Assembly: GCA_000092065.1 (NCBI GenBank)
Contig: CP000585.1
DNA length: 64,000 nt
Strand: one strand, 5' to 3'
Source: Ostreococcus lucimarinus
Lineage: Eukaryota
Positions 61,344 to 64,000 of the stretch are shown here, piece after piece. The stretch's first letter is position 1. Each line of letters starts with the position of its first letter. Both the position numbers and the translations under genes were made by a program. The notes below the pieces were generated by a model. The model was not told where the DNA came from. It saw only the letters and a list, made by a program, of their open reading frames with translations, and ran no database searches.

Positions 61344-63050
61344 ATGGCGCCGACGCGCGGCGCGGTGACGGTGCAGTTCGGCGCGTACGCCAACGCGGTC
61401 GGCGCGCACTACTGGAACGCGCGCGACGACGACGACGCGCGCGACGACGACGACGACGGGACGCGCGCGCTGGATTGGCGCGTCGAGCGCGCCGAGCGCG
61501 CGTCGCGAGGCGCGATGGGGACGACGACGACGACGCGCGCGCCGAGAGTGGTGATGTTCGACGTCTCGGGAGGGATGAAGACGACGACGACGACGACGAG
61601 GACGAGGACGGGGACGACGGAGGACGGCGCGGCGACGGCGACGTGGAGCGGGAGACGCGCGACGTATCGAGCGCCGACGACGAGGAAGAGTGGGTACGTT
61701 TTGGCGCTCGAACGCGAAGCGAGGGCGAGGGCGAACGAGGCGCGGGTGCGAGCGATCGTGGACGGGAGAGATGATGATGATGACGACGAGGAGCGCGCGC
61801 GACGCGGAAAGCTCGGCGGCGTCGGTCGGGCGCTGGAGACGGGCGGGACGGGAGGCGAACGAACGACGTTGGAGGATCCAGAGGAGATCACGAGAGCGTT
61901 AATAGAGGCTGCGAGTAAGTTGGACGTCGAGGCGAAGCACTGGAGCGATTACCTGAAGGTGGAACTGCACGCGCGAAACGCGTTTACGCTCGCGGGAAAG
62001 CGGGCCGACGTCGACGCGTTCGAGGGGTTCGGCGAAGGTCTGGAGTGGATGGACAGCGAAGACCGACGAGAGGACGTTCGAGACGCGGTGCGATATTGGG
62101 CGGAAGATTGTGACACCCTCGGTGGGTTTCGCGTCCTGTGCGATGACTCGAGCGGGTTCGGCGGCGTGTGCGCTCGGGCGTTGGAAGACATTCGAGACGA
62201 CTACGATAACCGCGCCGTGTGTTTTTTTTCCGTTCGTCCACCGGCGAACAAAGAGCGTAAGAGAGTCGACATGCTCAACGCTGCGTTTGCGTCGACGAGA
62301 ATCGCGGATATGTGCGACTTGTACTGCCCGCTCGCCGCGTGCGACGACTACCCGACGATGCCCGGCTTGCGTCGAAACGAGTGGTTTCACGCATCCGCCG
62401 TCGTCGCGCTCGCCGTCGATGGCATCACGACGCCGTGGCGTCTGAGTCAGAATGCGAACGGCGCGGTAAGCATGGATGAGATGGTCCGATTCATGACCAA
62501 TCGAGCGCCCGGATCGCACGCCTCCGCGCGCGCGTCTGTGCCCGCGCCGAATGTTCGCGGCGCCGCCGACGCCGCGGCGCTCGTCGCGTCGGAGCGCTCG
62601 ATGACGCCGTCGGTGCGGCCGAGCGACGCCGAAGATGAGACAGACGACGAACCATTCGCAGAATATTTCATCTCGAGAGGTCTCGCTCGCGGCGACGCCG
62701 CCATCGCGAACGTCGTCCTCGACGCCGCGTCCTCGCTCGCGCTCTATCGCTGTCCTCGCCGTCGATGCGTCGTCGACGCCCACATCCCCATCCCTCTACC
62801 TTTCCCCAAGCTCTTCCGTCCCCCCGCGCCGATCTCATTGGACGCCACGTTCCGTCTCACCACCAGCGCCGCCACCGCTCGCGTCTTAGACGCCACCGCT
62901 CGCGATTACCTTCGCGCCTCCGCCTCCGCCGCCGGCAAAGCCATCTTGCGCGCGTGGTCGCTCGACGACGCGTGCGAGAGCGCCGAGCTCTTGGAATCGT
63001 TGAGATCCAAAGCCAGGGCCTACGCCGGCGACGACGGCGATTTCGCGTGA
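61344..63050 (+). CDS. MSTO1: Misato/DML1 (tubulin-FtsZ-like) family protein with an acidic insertion
   Basis: N-terminal Misato segment MAPTRGAVTVQFGAYANAVGAHYWN (compare Misato ...TLQ[LF]GH[FY]...VG[AT]HWWN). Tubulin-like C-terminal region. ATG at 61344; an alternative ATG at 61302. Confidence 0.7.
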   Translation: MAPTRGAVTVQFGAYANAVGAHYWNARDDDDARDDDDDGTRALDWRVERAERASRGAMGTTTTTRAPRVVMFDVSGGMKTTTTTTRTRTGTTEDGAATATWSGRRATYRAPTTRKSGYVLALEREARARANEARVRAIVDGRDDDDDDEERARRGKLGGVGRALETGGTGGERTTLEDPEEITRALIEAASKLDVEAKHWSDYLKVELHARNAFTLAGKRADVDAFEGFGEGLEWMDSEDRREDVRDAVRYWAEDCDTLGGFRVLCDDSSGFGGVCARALEDIRDDYDNRAVCFFSVRPPANKERKRVDMLNAAFASTRIADMCDLYCPLAACDDYPTMPGLRRNEWFHASAVVALAVDGITTPWRLSQNANGAVSMDEMVRFMTNRAPGSHASARASVPAPNVRGAADAAALVASERSMTPSVRPSDAEDETDDEPFAEYFISRGLARGDAAIANVVLDAASSLALYRCPRRRCVVDAHIPIPLPFPKLFRPPAPISLDATFRLTTSAATARVLDATARDYLRASASAAGKAILRAWSLDDACESAELLESLRSKARAYAGDDGDFA

Positions 63051-63264
63051 CCCTCACTCTCGGCGCGACGCTCGCTCTTCGCGCTTCGAGTCGAGTCTTC
63101 GCGCGACGCGGCGACCCGAACCGACTCGACCCTCTCGCGCGAGCCTCAAAGACCTAGGGCGAATGGGGGTGTGAATGTGATGAATGAAATCTAATGTGAC
63201 AAAGACTACGCGTCGGCGCGCGACGCGCCTCGCGAAGCGCGAAACCTTGGGCGCCATTTTCGCT

Positions 63265-63630
63265 CTACTTCTTCTCCTTGTTCCACCCCCTGACCGCCCC
63301 CGCGGGCGCTAAAACCTTCCGACCCTTCGCCCGGCGGTTCTTGAGCACCTTGCGCCCCGACGCGCTCGCGATGCGCGTGCGAAACCCGCTCGTGCGCGCG
63401 CGTTTACGTCGCGTCCCGCCGAGCGTGCACCCGATAGATTTCCCCCCAGCGGTCACGACCAACGCCCCGCGCTGCGCGCGCATCGGCGCCGTCGCGCGCG
63501 GCGCGAACGCGACGACCGAGGCGACGGATTTCTTCGCCGCGAGGCGCGCCGCGGACGGGGCCTTGACGCTCGACGTCGACGTCGTTCGCGGAAGCGCGAG
63601 CGCGAGCGCGGACATGGTGAACGCGGGCAT
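63265..63630 (-). CDS. rpl34: Organellar (bacterial-type) ribosomal protein bL34 with a long Ala/Ser/Arg-rich presequence
   Basis: C-terminus [38 protein letters not shown] matches bL34 (...[29 protein letters not shown]). ATG at 63630 ([11 protein letters not shown]); an alternative start at MSALAL. Confidence 0.75.
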   Translation of the reverse strand: MPAFTMSALALALPRTTSTSSVKAPSAARLAAKKSVASVVAFAPRATAPMRAQRGALVVTAGGKSIGCTLGGTRRKRARTSGFRTRIASASGRKVLKNRRAKGRKVLAPAGAVRGWNKEKK

Positions 63631-64000
63631 GACGTTCGTTCGTTCTCTGACGACTCGACGAGCGTGCGCGCGCGTGTGACGACGCCGCGCGCCGACGCGC
63701 GCGCCGACGCCCCTCGCGCCGCGAGGGTTTCGCGTCGGCGTCGGCGTGGGGGACGTCATCTGTTCACACATGGGAATTACGTGCATTACAATACGAGGAT
63801 TTAGTGCGACTCAAATAAAACCCGTCCGAGATCGCACGCGCGAACGACCGGGCGTCGAGTGACATACGACGCGCGCGCGGTCGGTCGGTCGGTCGCGATG
63901 GAGGATTCGATTCGCGCGCGACGACGATCGCGACGACGCCGCACACGTCGACGCGCATCGCACGTCACGCACGCACACCCAGCGCACGACACGCACCGTC

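Noticed and set aside
61899-62783. 294-aa minus-strand ORF inside the Misato gene; also 44708..45943 (+) inside CPP1, 37827..38843 (+) inside DnaJ, 21323..22066 (+) upstream part of the ZnF ORF, and 27713..28246 (-) next to GOSR2
   Set aside because: All are GC-driven open frames without stops. In each case the conserved protein is on the other strand or frame, and several of these 'starts' are GTG/TTG codons the ORF finder accepts.

Overview
This window reads as a GC-rich (~65%), extremely gene-dense nuclear segment of a eukaryote, not a prokaryotic locus. It holds about 40 protein-coding genes in 64 kb with almost no intergenic space. I found no rRNA or tRNA genes, no CRISPR array and no recognisable transposon.

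Gene content:
- Eukaryotic nuclear hallmarks: canonical histone H3, Haspin kinase, a SMYD-like SET-domain protein, NAT10, DHX37, TRM6, TRM7/FTSJ1, TAF13, BCCIP, WBP4, UVSSA, RanGAP, GOSR2/membrin, a kinesin, a CaMK-type kinase, an OTU protease, prolyl 4-hydroxylase with a ShK module, HACD/PHS1, a Cu-transporting P-type ATPase and Misato.
- Nuclear-encoded organellar genes of bacterial type (RlmN, RimM, ribosomal protein bL34) and a CPP1/CDF1-like J-like membrane protein, each with an Arg/Ala/Ser-rich presequence. By inference this suggests a photosynthetic, intron-poor alga with a primary plastid; I cannot name the species.
- At least four short GT-AG spliceosomal introns (70-147 nt), each with a CTRAC branch-point motif ~30 nt upstream of the acceptor. 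One of them splits the TRM7 reading frame and another splits BCCIP.
- Genes alternate head-to-head and tail-to-tail, with bidirectional promoters under 100 bp and convergent stop codons only 32-73 bp apart.

Most unusual observations:
1. A giant IPT/TIG-repeat surface protein gene (1672..6702, minus strand) carries a near-perfect ~2.2 kb internal tandem segmental duplication. The lower copy lacks a 449-bp segment, which shifts the frame and creates the stop at 1672. About 1.7 kb of intact IPT/TIG coding sequence continues in the +1 frame to the window edge. A second large IPT/TIG paralog lies at 32427..35828.
2. A protein with four helicase-associated (HA, PF03457-like) repeats fused to a Vsr/DUF559-like restriction-endonuclease-fold C-terminus sits next to the only AT-rich island in the window (41.4-42.8 kb).
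3. The single H3 gene is flanked by an H3-directed SET-domain gene and the H3-Thr3 kinase Haspin.
4. Microsatellites and coding tandem repeats: (AACCG)14 inside a bidirectional promoter, (CGT)13, (GCGAAC)n encoding (NA)n in two unrelated genes, and an RRM protein whose SR-like tail is built from RDDYR repeats.

Many long ORFs in the six-frame track are antisense artefacts of GC-rich sequence, and several listed starts are GTG/TTG codons. Start coordinates below were re-derived from internal ATGs.
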